A DNA stretch of 64,000 bases, taken from positions 936-64,935 of the IMG/VR virus record IMGVR_UViG_3300042465_006702; one strand, written 5' to 3'. The number at the start of each line of letters is the position of its first letter. Position 1 is the first letter of the stretch. The notes beneath the pieces are model-generated. The model made no database searches and had not been told where the DNA came from. It saw only the letters and a list, made by a program, of their open reading frames with translations. The translations under genes and the position numbers were made by a program. The DNA comes from a virus. Taxonomy: Duplodnaviria > Caudoviricetes. Positions 9,856 to 19,465 of this stretch are shown piece by piece.

Positions 9856-10561
9856 ATTTTTTTAAAACTTCCATTGCCATAACTTGCTGACCTAATACAC
9901 CAATATGCCCATCCGTACTCGTCGGGTCTTCATCACACATTCTTGCTTTATAATTACTATATGAATCTTCTGCTCCTATATACTTTTCATCAAACTTAAT
10001 AAAGTATTCTTTTTTAAGAATATCAATATCATTTATATTTGGAGAATTTGGTTTTTTTAAACACCAAAATGCAATATTTTTAGTAGGTAATAAATTGATT
10101 AACTTTTCAAATCTGTTAAGTTGTCTATGTTCGTATGCTGGTAATCCTGCAAAATATATTGCAAAATCTACCAAAGTTTCATGCTTATGTTCGGTCATAT
10201 CATCATCACCTATCAGGTTTACTTTGATATGTCTACTATCACCATATCTAACAATTGTATGTAAAAAACTAAATGAAGTTTTATGAGGAACATCAAATCT
10301 ACTATAATATGCTGCTTGAATTACAACATAATCATTTTCTCCTATTTTATCTGCATTTTCTAAAATCTTATCCAATATGTAATCATTGGATGCGCCTACA
10401 TTTGCGTAATTATGTAATTCTAATTCCAATTCATCCGCTACTATTTCACACCAATATCGTTTATCAATATTATCCGATAATGTAACTTCATAAAATGGGT
10501 CAGAATCATTAAATCCATGTCCGTATGAAAAACTATCACCGAAAATCCATAACTTATTCAT
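9824..10561 (-). CDS. SGNH/GDSL-fold protein
   Basis: WIFGDSFSYG, NVGASNDYI, DGHIGVLG. Confidence 0.7.
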   Translation of the reverse strand: MNKLWIFGDSFSYGHGFNDSDPFYEVTLSDNIDKRYWCEIVADELELELHNYANVGASNDYILDKILENADKIGENDYVVIQAAYYSRFDVPHKTSFSFLHTIVRYGDSRHIKVNLIGDDDMTEHKHETLVDFAIYFAGLPAYEHRQLNRFEKLINLLPTKNIAFWCLKKPNSPNINDIDILKKEYFIKFDEKYIGAEDSYSNYKARMCDEDPTSTDGHIGVLGQQVMAMEVLKKFGKQYADRRK

Positions 10562-10567
10562 AAAAAT

Positions 10568-11572
10568 TTATTTCGTTATCGGCTGCGGGCCACCTGCTGC
10601 TCCCGTATCTGCTGCTTTTGCTCTGATGCCGATATGTTCTGCAAAATCGTTTGAACGTTTTACTAACGGAGTAATTGGTTCATCTATTACTCTAACATTC
10701 ATTGGTATTTCTTTACCAGGATTTGCCGCATTATGTGCAACAACTGCCGCCCATCTATGATGTCCATCCAATACATATCCATCATTAGAGACGTATATAG
10801 GTGCCGTTATCTTTCCGTATGCTGGATGGTTAGGGTCATCTAACACTTTACTCATTCCTGCAACCTTAACCCCTACAAGCTCACTTTGTGTTGCTTTTAG
10901 GCGGTCTGGCGGAACAGCTTGTGGTTCTGAAACTTTAATACCTTGCTTATTCAACATTTGTTTGAAGAATTCTTCGGTATCGGCTTCTCCGTTTTCATCT
11001 TTTGGAAGTTTATCTGCAGGGGATCCAGGTCTTGGTGTTCCTTTGAATTGAGGCATATCCGCTCTTTCAATTCCCTTATTACCATCACAATATAAATTTG
11101 TACCTGGAATAGTTACTTTACAAAGATTAAAGTTTGGTGCTTTTTCACCTTTAGCTTTCGCTTCGGCACCCATCTTTGCAAGGTCATCAATTACTGTTGA
11201 TATTTTTTGTCTTTCGATTGGCGGAACATCCGATAGGGTTTTTTTAGAAGTATCCATTCCCGGCATTAGTGATTTTAATTTCATATCATTACCACCACTT
11301 TTTTGTTTAGTGGGAGTTTCTGCCGATGATTTAAAATCTGTTGCGCCTAATTTTTGTGCAGCTGGTGCTTGCTTTTGTTGTTTTGCAGGTTGTGGGGTAG
11401 GTTTTTCACCTTTTGGAATTTGACCACCATTTGCTGCTTTAGTTTTTTCAACTTCCGCAGGAGTGGGTTTATCGTGTTTAGCCGGGTCCATTTGTTTTAC
11501 CACATAGACATTTCCGGTCTTTTTGTTTTTTACGATTTCATCTTCCTTTAAAAGGTCTTTTAATTTTATCAT
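10568..11572 (-). CDS. ParB/Srx-like nuclease domain protein with MIKLKDLLKE leader
   Basis: LKATQSE..PIYVSNDGYVLDGHHRWAA; start moved to ATG 11572, just after the stop of 11574..11711. Confidence 0.7.
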   Translation of the reverse strand: MIKLKDLLKEDEIVKNKKTGNVYVVKQMDPAKHDKPTPAEVEKTKAANGGQIPKGEKPTPQPAKQQKQAPAAQKLGATDFKSSAETPTKQKSGGNDMKLKSLMPGMDTSKKTLSDVPPIERQKISTVIDDLAKMGAEAKAKGEKAPNFNLCKVTIPGTNLYCDGNKGIERADMPQFKGTPRPGSPADKLPKDENGEADTEEFFKQMLNKQGIKVSEPQAVPPDRLKATQSELVGVKVAGMSKVLDDPNHPAYGKITAPIYVSNDGYVLDGHHRWAAVVAHNAANPGKEIPMNVRVIDEPITPLVKRSNDFAEHIGIRAKAADTGAAGGPQPITK

Positions 11573-11573
11573 T

Positions 11574-11711
11574 TTAATTGCCTCTACCTTGTCCTCTATA
11601 TTGTTTGGGTCTTGGAGTGTGTTTATTGTAACTTTTTTTACCGCCAGGTTGTCCTGTTTTGCGTTTACCAAATGTTACTTTTCTACTTTCTCCTCTTATA
11701 GATTTTGCCAT
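11574..11711 (-). CDS. 45-aa basic peptide ending YRGQGR (not in ORF track)
   Basis: Hand translation MAKSIRGESRKVTFGKRKTGQPGGKKSYNKHTPRPKQYRGQGRGN. Confidence 0.65.
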   Translation of the reverse strand: MAKSIRGESRKVTFGKRKTGQPGGKKSYNKHTPRPKQYRGQGRGN

Positions 11712-11740
11712 AGTTGGTTATTTCTCCGATTTTACTTTAC

Positions 11741-12001
11741 TTACTTTGCTGATTTCTTACTCGCTGTTTTTTTAGTTGCTGGCTTTTTAACTTCCTTTGC
11801 AACTTCTTCAACAACCTTTACTACTTTCTTAGCTTTGGCTGCTGTTTTCTTAACAACTTCCTTAACTTCCTCAATTGGTTTTTCAACCACATCAGGGATG
11901 TTATTGTTGTTTGCGTCTTGAATTTTTCCTTTTTTCATTAAAAGGTAAGCAATTCCACCGGCTACAGCCAATACAATTACTACAATTGCTAATGTACTCA
12001 T
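11741..12001 (-). CDS. small membrane protein with Lys-rich tail
   Basis: TM helix, DANNNNIPD Ca-loop-like motif, K/A-rich C-terminus. Confidence 0.65.
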   Translation of the reverse strand: MSTLAIVVIVLAVAGGIAYLLMKKGKIQDANNNNIPDVVEKPIEEVKEVVKKTAAKAKKVVKVVEEVAKEVKKPATKKTASKKSAK

Positions 12002-12052
12002 TGTGTTTTGTTTTAGTGAACAATTTAAGTTAAATATAAATATAAAAAATTT

Positions 12053-12361
12053 TTAGTTAAATTTAAGTCCGAAAAATTCATAGTTGTTATTTATGGATTC
12101 CTCATCTCCTAATTGAATAGCTTCTTTCTCACTTCTATAAATTGCATCCACAGGACATTCAGGTATACATGCTCCACAATTTATACAATCGTTTGGATTT
12201 ATATACAATTGCTTTCCTTGCTTTTCTTCATCCGATAATCCACGTGCCCCTTCACCGCTATCATCCGTTTTGATAGGACCATGAATACAATCAACGGGGC
12301 ATACATTTATACATCCCATATCTATACACCCAATACATTCCTTTCCAATAATATAGCTCAT
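12053..12361 (-). CDS. dicluster (7Fe/8Fe) ferredoxin
   Basis: CIGC.D.GC..VCPVDC and CINCGACIPECPVDAI. Confidence 0.9.
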   Translation of the reverse strand: MSYIIGKECIGCIDMGCINVCPVDCIHGPIKTDDSGEGARGLSDEEKQGKQLYINPNDCINCGACIPECPVDAIYRSEKEAIQLGDEESINNNYEFFGLKFN

Positions 12362-12792
12362 AATTTATTTAACAACCAAGATGATGACTGAATTTTATCT
12401 CCCAATCCAAATACCATTTCTATTCCCAATCGTTCACAAACTGCTTTTTCACCAATTGTTTCTGCTGTTTGGTCACCACCATTTGTAAAGAGAATTTTAT
12501 CGTATTTATGTGCTTCTTCTTTATATATTAATTCTAATGTTTTATCTACAAATTTATTTTCATCAATTGCAATAATAACATCATCAACTGCTTTAATATT
12601 TTTAAGAATAGTTCTTCTTTGATTTTCTGAAAGGAATGGTTTTGAACCTTTTAATTCTCTTTGCAAATCATTATTTATTATGACATAAAGTGAATCACCA
12701 AGTGCTTTAGAACGGTTGAGATATTCCAAATGCCCTTCGTGTATTGGATTAAAATATCCACTTACAATTACTAATGTTTTAGTCTTCGCCAT
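12358..12792 (-). CDS. cytidylyl/adenylyltransferase (HldE C-terminal/TagD-like)
   Basis: SGYFNPIHEGH, LYVIINND, FTNGGD, KIQSSS. Confidence 0.8.
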   Translation of the reverse strand: MAKTKTLVIVSGYFNPIHEGHLEYLNRSKALGDSLYVIINNDLQRELKGSKPFLSENQRRTILKNIKAVDDVIIAIDENKFVDKTLELIYKEEAHKYDKILFTNGGDQTAETIGEKAVCERLGIEMVFGLGDKIQSSSWLLNKL

Positions 12793-13027
12793 ATAGTGAG
12801 AATCTCTTAACAGGTACTTCTACCTCTTGCTGTTTAATTATTTCAACCGTACCGTTTCTTGCTTCAATGTAAAAGTTAGTATCGCCTGTGTTTTGATACC
12901 AAGCTTCCAATGCATCCGTAAGTGATGAATAAATTGTTCCCTTTGGAGTAGTTGCGAATACCCATCTATCTCCCGGTGGAACTCTTTTAAGTACGAGTAT
13001 TTTTTCTTCTTTAATTTCCTTTTCCAT
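12779..13027 (-). CDS. hypothetical protein
   Basis: Overlaps both neighbours in the operon. Confidence 0.6.
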   Translation of the reverse strand: MEKEIKEEKILVLKRVPPGDRWVFATTPKGTIYSSLTDALEAWYQNTGDTNFYIEARNGTVEIIKQQEVEVPVKRFSLYGED

Positions 13028-14084
13028 TTTTTATTAAATTTATTATGATATCTTTTTTTGTATAATTATTTAGTAATTCTTTAAATAACTTTGTATTTTT
13101 TTCCAATTTATAACTATATTTTTCCATCAAATATAATTTGACATCAGAATTGGTTTTATACTTTAATTTCAAATCTTTCAAATATGTAAAGGAATCAATA
13201 CATGATTGCTCAATATCATTTTTAAAAAATTCAGAATTCAAAAACCAAAATCCCAATTCGTTTAAATATCTAAATAACTTTGTAGGTCCATACCAAATAA
13301 AAAATACATTTTCTTCTGAAAATGCAATTGCTTTTAAGGTCTTTTCTGTTATGTATTGTCTGCCATGCATTTTACTATCGGGTTCTTCATCATTACCAGT
13401 AGCATGCAAAGTTTCAAAAATCAAATTACAAACACTCGTTGTATAATCCAAATAAGATGTTATGTGGTTATTACCCCATTGTCCAAAATAATTGTATGAT
13501 TGTAATAATTTTTTTAAATTATAATCATTTGATTGATATGAAACCAAATCAGTTTCTAAAATATCCTTTGCCCTTATATATAAACTATCCCTATGCTGTT
13601 TTTTGGTGTTCATACCATCTACAGGTCTATAATAAACTCCTAACAGATTTTCTTTTTTTTCAAATTTATAATAATTTAAAAAATTAAATCCATAAAAATG
13701 ATAAAAGAATATAAGATTAAAAATGGGGTCATAATAAAAATTAGGATGTTCAAAAGAAATAGATGCGGAAGATAAACATACATTTCCCGCATCTAAATAT
13801 TCTTTTATTGATTGATTATGTTCGTGATAGTTTTCTACAATTTGAGTTTGTATCAATCTATCATATCCATCAAAAGTTTTCCATTCTCTAAAAGTGTGAA
13901 ATAATCTAATTTTTATATCACAGTCTTTTATATCAGAATAACTTTTTGAAAATATAAATTCATTTTCATCGTTTTGAAAAGAAAAATTTGAACCATCATC
14001 ATTTTTTTTATATGGAAAGTTGTTAAGTGTATATAAAACTATAACACAATCTTCAAATGACCTGTATTCAAATCCTATTTTCAT
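13011..14084 (-). CDS. GT10-like glycosyltransferase-fold protein
   Basis: NLIFET...YITEKTLKAI...LGFWF resembles the FEN..DYITEK motif of GT10; very AT-rich. Confidence 0.45.
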   Translation of the reverse strand: MKIGFEYRSFEDCVIVLYTLNNFPYKKNDDGSNFSFQNDENEFIFSKSYSDIKDCDIKIRLFHTFREWKTFDGYDRLIQTQIVENYHEHNQSIKEYLDAGNVCLSSASISFEHPNFYYDPIFNLIFFYHFYGFNFLNYYKFEKKENLLGVYYRPVDGMNTKKQHRDSLYIRAKDILETDLVSYQSNDYNLKKLLQSYNYFGQWGNNHITSYLDYTTSVCNLIFETLHATGNDEEPDSKMHGRQYITEKTLKAIAFSEENVFFIWYGPTKLFRYLNELGFWFLNSEFFKNDIEQSCIDSFTYLKDLKLKYKTNSDVKLYLMEKYSYKLEKNTKLFKELLNNYTKKDIIINLIKNGKGN

Positions 14085-14290
14085 TAAAATACTTCAATGA
14101 TTTTAGTTTCAGATACTTTTACAACTTCATACTCAAGCTTCACCGCATCCTTTGTGAATTTGTTTACCAACTTTGCTTCAGCTTCTGTACAAGATAATGC
14201 ATCTACTAAATACTGCTCTTTGTTTTTCTTAATTTTTCCTTTTGCATCTTCTACTTCTACTGCAACTAATACTGAATAATACTTTGCCAT
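14084..14290 (-). CDS. DUF4494-like protein
   Basis: KKNKEQYLVDALSCTEAEA..VSETKIIEVF, a Bacteroidota family. Confidence 0.75.
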   Translation of the reverse strand: MAKYYSVLVAVEVEDAKGKIKKNKEQYLVDALSCTEAEAKLVNKFTKDAVKLEYEVVKVSETKIIEVF

Positions 14291-14320
14291 AACTTTGTTT
14301 CTTTTTATTGTTAATAATAA

Positions 14321-14352
14321 CTAATATACGAAATATATTTGAATTTTCCAAA
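14321..14352 (-). promoter_or_regulatory. Bacteroidota sigma70-type promoter
   Basis: TTTG-N20-TATATTAG. Confidence 0.65.
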
Positions 14353-14354
14353 AC

Positions 14355-14381
14355 AAAAATGGGGAATATTTCTACTCCCCA
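14355..14381 (-). terminator. rho-independent terminator after the TonB receptor gene
   Basis: UGGGGAGUA-GAAA-UAUUCCCCA followed by UUUUU. Confidence 0.85.
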
Positions 14382-14406
14382 ATTTGTGTTTGTTGTTTGT
14401 TGTTTA

Positions 14407-17400
14407 TTATTTGCCAAATGTATAACGAATACCTAGCTGAGCTGTCCACACATCAAATACTGATGAATTGAACATATAAGTGTCTTTAGCTAAATATGTT
14501 ACACCACTAGCATCTCTTTGAGTTGCCAATCTATATGTTGGAACGTTATTAGCATCTCTGCTTACAAAGTTCAACAATTGTGGCGCGCCTGCTCTTTGAG
14601 ATACACCCCATTTGTTATTCAACATATTACCAAAGTTTAAGATATCTGCTCTGATTTGGAAAGCGTTTCTCTTTCCACCAATCTTAACAAATAGGTCTTG
14701 TGCAACTGAAAGGTCAAATCTATGTAAGAAAGGAAGTGCTAATGCGTTTCTTTCTGCGTATTGACCTCTACGAGTTGATAGGTAAGGGTCTTGGTTAATG
14801 AACTTATCAAAAGCCTCTTGTTGTTGAGCTTCAGTATAAGTTACTGCCGTTGCACCACTACCAACTGTCAATGTAGAAAAACGAATATCAGAACCTTTAA
14901 GTGGAACGAATACCAATTCATTGTTAGATACTCTATCTCCATTAAGGTCACCTGCTACAATGTAGGAGAATGGATTGTTTTGTGCTCCCACATATCCCAA
15001 TGTGAATGTAGTAGCAGTACCATATTTCTTATCACCTTCAATACGGTATCCTAATAAACCAACAATACGATTTCTAACTAAATTAGAAGAAATTGAAAGG
15101 CCTAAATCGTTATTATTTGTTGTAGATAATGCTGATTGCCAGCTACCACTCGCGATAGAACCTGCATCCATAAAGTCCATAGCTCTTGCAGTTGTGTAAG
15201 CTACATAACCCCAAAGACCTTTTGATACCGGCTTCTCTAATTTGAATGTTGCTGAACGATTGTAAGCACCATTTCTATTAGTTAATACAGCTGCCATTGA
15301 AACGTTATCGTTTACTCTTACACCGGCATCAGTACCAGCGAAACGAGGTCTGTTATCAACACCACCCAATGTTCCAACCGGAGCATCTAAATTAGCGTTG
15401 TAATAATGAACTGCGTTAATAGTTTGATTGTAAAGTAATTCAACACTTGCTACCAATCCCAACCAAGGTAATTTTTGGTCAACTGCTAAATTTGATTTCC
15501 AAACTTGTGGCATTTTGTAGTTAGCATCTGTTAATGCTAAATCAAATGTTGAAGGTAAAGTTGGAGTTGAAGGAATGAAGTATTGATTTGGGTTAGCAGT
15601 GAAACCATATTGAGCTGCCGCTGTACCACTCACATCAATAAATCCTGTCAACACACCATTGTTTCCGATTTGATTAGAAAGAAACACATATGGAGGTCTA
15701 CCTGTAAAGATACCCGTTCCACCACGAATTTGTGTTTTCTTTTCACCCTTTACGTCATAGTTAAATCCGAAACGAGGTTCGAATAACAATTGCGTTTTAG
15801 GCATTACACCCGTATTCCATTTTTCACCATTTGCAAAAGTCATTGCAGTAATCACTGGATTTTCTAATGCTGTATTTTCAAATGAAATGATATTTGTTCT
15901 CAAACCAAAACTTAAATTAAGATTTTTAGAAGCTTTATAATCATCTTGCAAATAGAAATCTAAACGATTTGTTTTCAAAGTTTGCATTGGTTCAACTGCT
16001 CCTGGCAATGCCGAATAACGGAATTGGAAACGAGCTGGTGCAAATGTAGAAGGTCTACCACCATTTGCTAAAGATTGATTAGCCGCTGTGTAGAAATCGT
16101 TTAAACTATTGAAAATGTAAACACCATTAGATGCTGGGAAGAATAGATTATTGGATTGATACTTTTGAAAATTGAAACCACCAACCAATGTGTGTTTCTC
16201 CATATATTTTGTAACGTTATTTGTTACATTGAATGTCCAATAATTCAATTTGTTACCAGGAGTGAATGGGTCAAAACCTACTGATGTATAAGTTGGTGCA
16301 CCTTCTCTAATATCAATTGTTGGGAACATTGCGCTCATATAAGCTCTATCTTCAATTTGTTTATCGTAAGAAACGATTAAGTTATTATGAAGTGTGTTAG
16401 AGATTTTAGAGTTCAATTCCAATACTGCTGAACGAGTATTATCCATAATGATATAACCACTATTTTGGAAACTCATTGCGTTATATTGGGTAGTTCTGTT
16501 ACCTGCACCTGCTGATTGTGAATTTGATATATTAATTTCCGCATTAGAATTATGATGAACATAACGAGCGGTTAATTTATTCTTATCATTAATGTTCCAG
16601 TCAGTTCTAATCAAAAACTTTTTAGAAGCGTTTGTATTAGAATAACCTTCCCACGGACCTGTTACATAATTAAACTTCTCTTTCATAAAGTTTGAAAGAG
16701 CTTGCATATCAGCGTACTTCACACGAGATACTTGTGTACCTGTAAGTGGAGAACCTTCGGAAATCCAAGTTGTTCCAGGTTCAGTTCTTTCAATTTGTTC
16801 GTAGTTACCAAAGATGAACAATTTGTTCTTAATGATTGGCGCTCCTAAACGAAAACCTTGAACTTTTTCATCAAATTTAGATGCAGTTACGGTTACGCCT
16901 CTAGCATTATCACCAACATAACGAGAACTATTATCTCTTTGTGTTTGGTAAACGCTACCTTCAATTTCATTAGAACCAGAACGAGTTACAGCGTTGATAC
17001 CTGCACCGGTGAATCCACTTTGACGAATATCAAATGGTGCGATGTTAACCTGTAATTGTTCAATTGCATCCAATGAAATAGCACTTGCACCAGTTCTACC
17101 ACCTGCTTGTGCAGATGAACCCAAACCGAAGTTGTTATTAAATTGAGAACCATCAATTGTGAAATTGTTCAAACGAGAGTCTTGTGCTCCGAATGAGTTA
17201 CCACTACCAAATGGATTATACTTTGTAATACCATCAATGGTTCTAGCACCTGTAATTGGAATAGTAGTTAATTCTCTTCTTCCAAACTGCTGTGCCGCAC
17301 CTGTCTTTTCTTTTGAGAAAATGTTAGACTTTGTTCCTACAACAACGACTTCTTTAAGAGCCTTTGCTTCATCGGTCAATACAAAATCCACATTAGATGT

Positions 17401-17694
17401 AACACCTAATTGAGTATTAACATCAACTTCTTCTCCTTTTCTAAAACCTACAAATGAAGCATGGATTACATATGGACCACCAACTCTTACTGCTGGTAAT
17501 ACATAAACACCACTTTTGTTCGTTGTAGTTTTGTACTCTGTTCCTGTTGGAGTGTGCGTCGCATGGATTGTTGCACCTGCTAACACTTCCTTCTTTTCGT
17601 TCTTAACAACACCAGAAATGGTTGAGGTTGTAATTTGTCCAAAACCTACCATTGTGAATGCTGCAAAAATCAATGACAAAATTGTCTTTTTCAT
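14407..17694 (-). CDS. Oar-like TonB-dependent outer-membrane receptor with N-terminal carboxypeptidase-regulatory-like domain
   Basis: Signal peptide, ISGVVKN..G.Y.I, LKEVVVVG TonB box, NNFTIDG..N plug, GFTGAGINAVTRSG, C-terminal QLGIRYTF. Confidence 0.92.
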   Translation of the reverse strand: MKKTILSLIFAAFTMVGFGQITTSTISGVVKNEKKEVLAGATIHATHTPTGTEYKTTTNKSGVYVLPAVRVGGPYVIHASFVGFRKGEEVDVNTQLGVTSNVDFVLTDEAKALKEVVVVGTKSNIFSKEKTGAAQQFGRRELTTIPITGARTIDGITKYNPFGSGNSFGAQDSRLNNFTIDGSQFNNNFGLGSSAQAGGRTGASAISLDAIEQLQVNIAPFDIRQSGFTGAGINAVTRSGSNEIEGSVYQTQRDNSSRYVGDNARGVTVTASKFDEKVQGFRLGAPIIKNKLFIFGNYEQIERTEPGTTWISEGSPLTGTQVSRVKYADMQALSNFMKEKFNYVTGPWEGYSNTNASKKFLIRTDWNINDKNKLTARYVHHNSNAEINISNSQSAGAGNRTTQYNAMSFQNSGYIIMDNTRSAVLELNSKISNTLHNNLIVSYDKQIEDRAYMSAMFPTIDIREGAPTYTSVGFDPFTPGNKLNYWTFNVTNNVTKYMEKHTLVGGFNFQKYQSNNLFFPASNGVYIFNSLNDFYTAANQSLANGGRPSTFAPARFQFRYSALPGAVEPMQTLKTNRLDFYLQDDYKASKNLNLSFGLRTNIISFENTALENPVITAMTFANGEKWNTGVMPKTQLLFEPRFGFNYDVKGEKKTQIRGGTGIFTGRPPYVFLSNQIGNNGVLTGFIDVSGTAAAQYGFTANPNQYFIPSTPTLPSTFDLALTDANYKMPQVWKSNLAVDQKLPWLGLVASVELLYNQTINAVHYYNANLDAPVGTLGGVDNRPRFAGTDAGVRVNDNVSMAAVLTNRNGAYNRSATFKLEKPVSKGLWGYVAYTTARAMDFMDAGSIASGSWQSALSTTNNNDLGLSISSNLVRNRIVGLLGYRIEGDKKYGTATTFTLGYVGAQNNPFSYIVAGDLNGDRVSNNELVFVPLKGSDIRFSTLTVGSGATAVTYTEAQQQEAFDKFINQDPYLSTRRGQYAERNALALPFLHRFDLSVAQDLFVKIGGKRNAFQIRADILNFGNMLNNKWGVSQRAGAPQLLNFVSRDANNVPTYRLATQRDASGVTYLAKDTYMFNSSVFDVWTAQLGIRYTFGK

Positions 17695-17710
17695 GTTTGT
17701 TTTTTTTGTT

Positions 17711-17745
17711 AAAAAATAAAAGGGTGCGATTATTCATCACACCCT
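17711..17745 (-). terminator. rho-independent terminator between the Hc1-like gene and the TonB receptor
   Basis: AGGGUGUGAU-GAAUA-AUCGCACCCU (10 bp, one G-U pair) followed by UUUAUUUUUU. Confidence 0.75.
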
Positions 17746-17754
17746 ATGGGTTTA

Positions 17755-17931
17755 CTATTGTTTTGTTTCTTCTACGGATGCCTGACGATAATCTGTTACC
17801 AATTTTTTAAGGTCACCAATCAAAGTTCTTGCATTCTTTTGTGATACTTTTGTTGTTTTGTTGTGCTCTTCTTCAAACTTATTCCACAATTGTTTCATCG
17901 TTTGGAATAACTCTTCTTTTTTACTAGCCAT
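17755..17931 (-). CDS. histone H1-like (Hc1-family) small DNA-binding protein
   Basis: ELFQTMKQLW..F..E..K.SQKNART...DLKKLVTDYRQASVE; start moved to ATG 17931, downstream of the promoter. Confidence 0.6.
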   Translation of the reverse strand: MASKKEELFQTMKQLWNKFEEEHNKTTKVSQKNARTLIGDLKKLVTDYRQASVEETKQ

Positions 17932-17954
17932 AATCTGTTTTGTTTTTTGTTTTT

Positions 17955-17986
17955 TAAATATAAGGAAAAAATTTGATACAACCAAA
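17955..17986 (-). promoter_or_regulatory. Bacteroidota sigma70-type promoter
   Basis: TTTG-N20-TATATTTA. Confidence 0.6.
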
Positions 17987-18187
17987 TTATCTTCCTCGTT
18001 TTCTTTTGAGTTCTAATTCTTTAAGGTAATGTGCTTTCCAATGGTATTCAACCGAAACGGGCCCATTTGGTTGTTTTTTCAAGTCATATTTCCAAATAGA
18101 TTTAGATTCATCATCTTCAAATATGTATTCAAACTTTGTAGGTTTTTCTGTTTTACTATTATTTTCTTTAGAACTCTTTATACTCAT
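17987..18187 (-). CDS. hypothetical protein
   Basis: SIWKYDLKKQPNGPVSVE; overlaps the upstream gene. Confidence 0.6.
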   Translation of the reverse strand: MSIKSSKENNSKTEKPTKFEYIFEDDESKSIWKYDLKKQPNGPVSVEYHWKAHYLKELELKRKRGR

Positions 18188-18906
18188 GTGTTGAAAAATT
18201 TAGGAAATTTAACAATAAGATAATCTGCAAACGCCGTATGCATTTTTGGTGAAAAATGGGCATCATCTCTTTTTCCTTCTAATCCATTAGTTTTTTGCCA
18301 AAGAGTGTGAAGGGTTTCCCAAATTCCTATTTTTTCTGTAATACAATCTTTATTTTCAATGAAATCCCCCGATAACTCATTATCCCAGCTCCAAACATAA
18401 AATTCAAAAGGAACATACAATTTTATTGATTTTATTATTTCTAATAAATTTTTTTTATTTGCATTTGAACTATTTACTATTGACCATAATCGGCTATTTA
18501 AACCAGATTTATGGTCATCAAAAAAAGCATCTTCGAGTCCAAATAATGGTTCTTCCAATTCTTTCCCCTCCACATTTTGATAATTTCCATTTCCAATAAA
18601 ATAATTTAAAATTTCCTTTTTACTTTCAAATGTTGTATATTCATTTGAAAACTCTACATCAATTTTTGGAGTTTTTAATGGTAATCTAATTCTTTCTAAA
18701 ACAGGTATATTCAATATCACTAAATCATCTTTTGATATATCTTTCAAATTTTTTAAAAATATATCCATAATAGTCTGATAATCCCTACTGCCTTGGGATG
18801 AAATATAAAATTTACCTTTAAATTTTTTTGTAATTATTTCTGTCCAAAACCCACCATCATACCCCGTAAAACTATCTCCTATTATCCAAAGTTTACTCAT
18901 TTTCAA
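18184..18906 (-). CDS. SGNH/GDSL-fold protein
   Basis: WIIGDSFT, DAHFSPKMHTAFADYL. Confidence 0.7.
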   Translation of the reverse strand: MKMSKLWIIGDSFTGYDGGFWTEIITKKFKGKFYISSQGSRDYQTIMDIFLKNLKDISKDDLVILNIPVLERIRLPLKTPKIDVEFSNEYTTFESKKEILNYFIGNGNYQNVEGKELEEPLFGLEDAFFDDHKSGLNSRLWSIVNSSNANKKNLLEIIKSIKLYVPFEFYVWSWDNELSGDFIENKDCITEKIGIWETLHTLWQKTNGLEGKRDDAHFSPKMHTAFADYLIVKFPKFFNT

Positions 18907-19465
18907 ATAATTTTGATTCTACTAATTCACAAATTATATGTCCTAATAAAATATGCGATTCTTGTATTCTGGGCGTATCAGTCGATGGTACTTTTAAAAT
19001 ATAATCAGATATGTTGTTTAACTTTCCACCATCTATTCCCGTTAAGCTGATTGTTGTGATATTTTTTCCATTTGCAACCTCAAATGCTTTTACTATGTTT
19101 GTAGAATTACCTGAAGTGGATATTCCAATCAATACATCTCCGGCATTCATTACACCATCTACTAAACGAGAATATACTGAATCATAATCGTAATCATTTG
19201 CTACTGCCGTTAAATAAGATGTATTACAATGTAGTGCTTCGGCGGGTAGTGCTTTTCTATCTTTGTAAAATCTACCAGATAATTCTGCTGCAAGGTGTTG
19301 AGCGTCTGCTGCACTTCCACCATTTCCACAAAACATAACTCTATTTCCTCTTTCAAATGTGTTACAAATTACTTCAACTACTGATAAAATAGTTTTGTGA
19401 ATTTCGGTATCTTTTAGTAACAATTCTTTAACTTCAATAGAGCTTTTTATTATTTTTTCTATCAT
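18893..19465 (-). CDS. gmhA: sedoheptulose-7-phosphate isomerase
   Basis: CGNGGSAADAQHLAAEL, TAVAND, ISTSGNS, PRIQESH. Confidence 0.95.
   Translation of the reverse strand: MIEKIIKSSIEVKELLLKDTEIHKTILSVVEVICNTFERGNRVMFCGNGGSAADAQHLAAELSGRFYKDRKALPAEALHCNTSYLTAVANDYDYDSVYSRLVDGVMNAGDVLIGISTSGNSTNIVKAFEVANGKNITTISLTGIDGGKLNNISDYILKVPSTDTPRIQESHILLGHIICELVESKLFENE

Noticed and set aside
6179-10561. SGNH genes as IS elements, integron cassettes or DGR targets
   Set aside because: No terminal repeats, attC-like palindromes, transposase, integrase, reverse transcriptase or near-identical TR/VR pair found by eye
14386-14406. Short AAC-rich repeat after the TonB receptor stop
   Set aside because: About 20 nt of low complexity before the terminator, with no evidence of function
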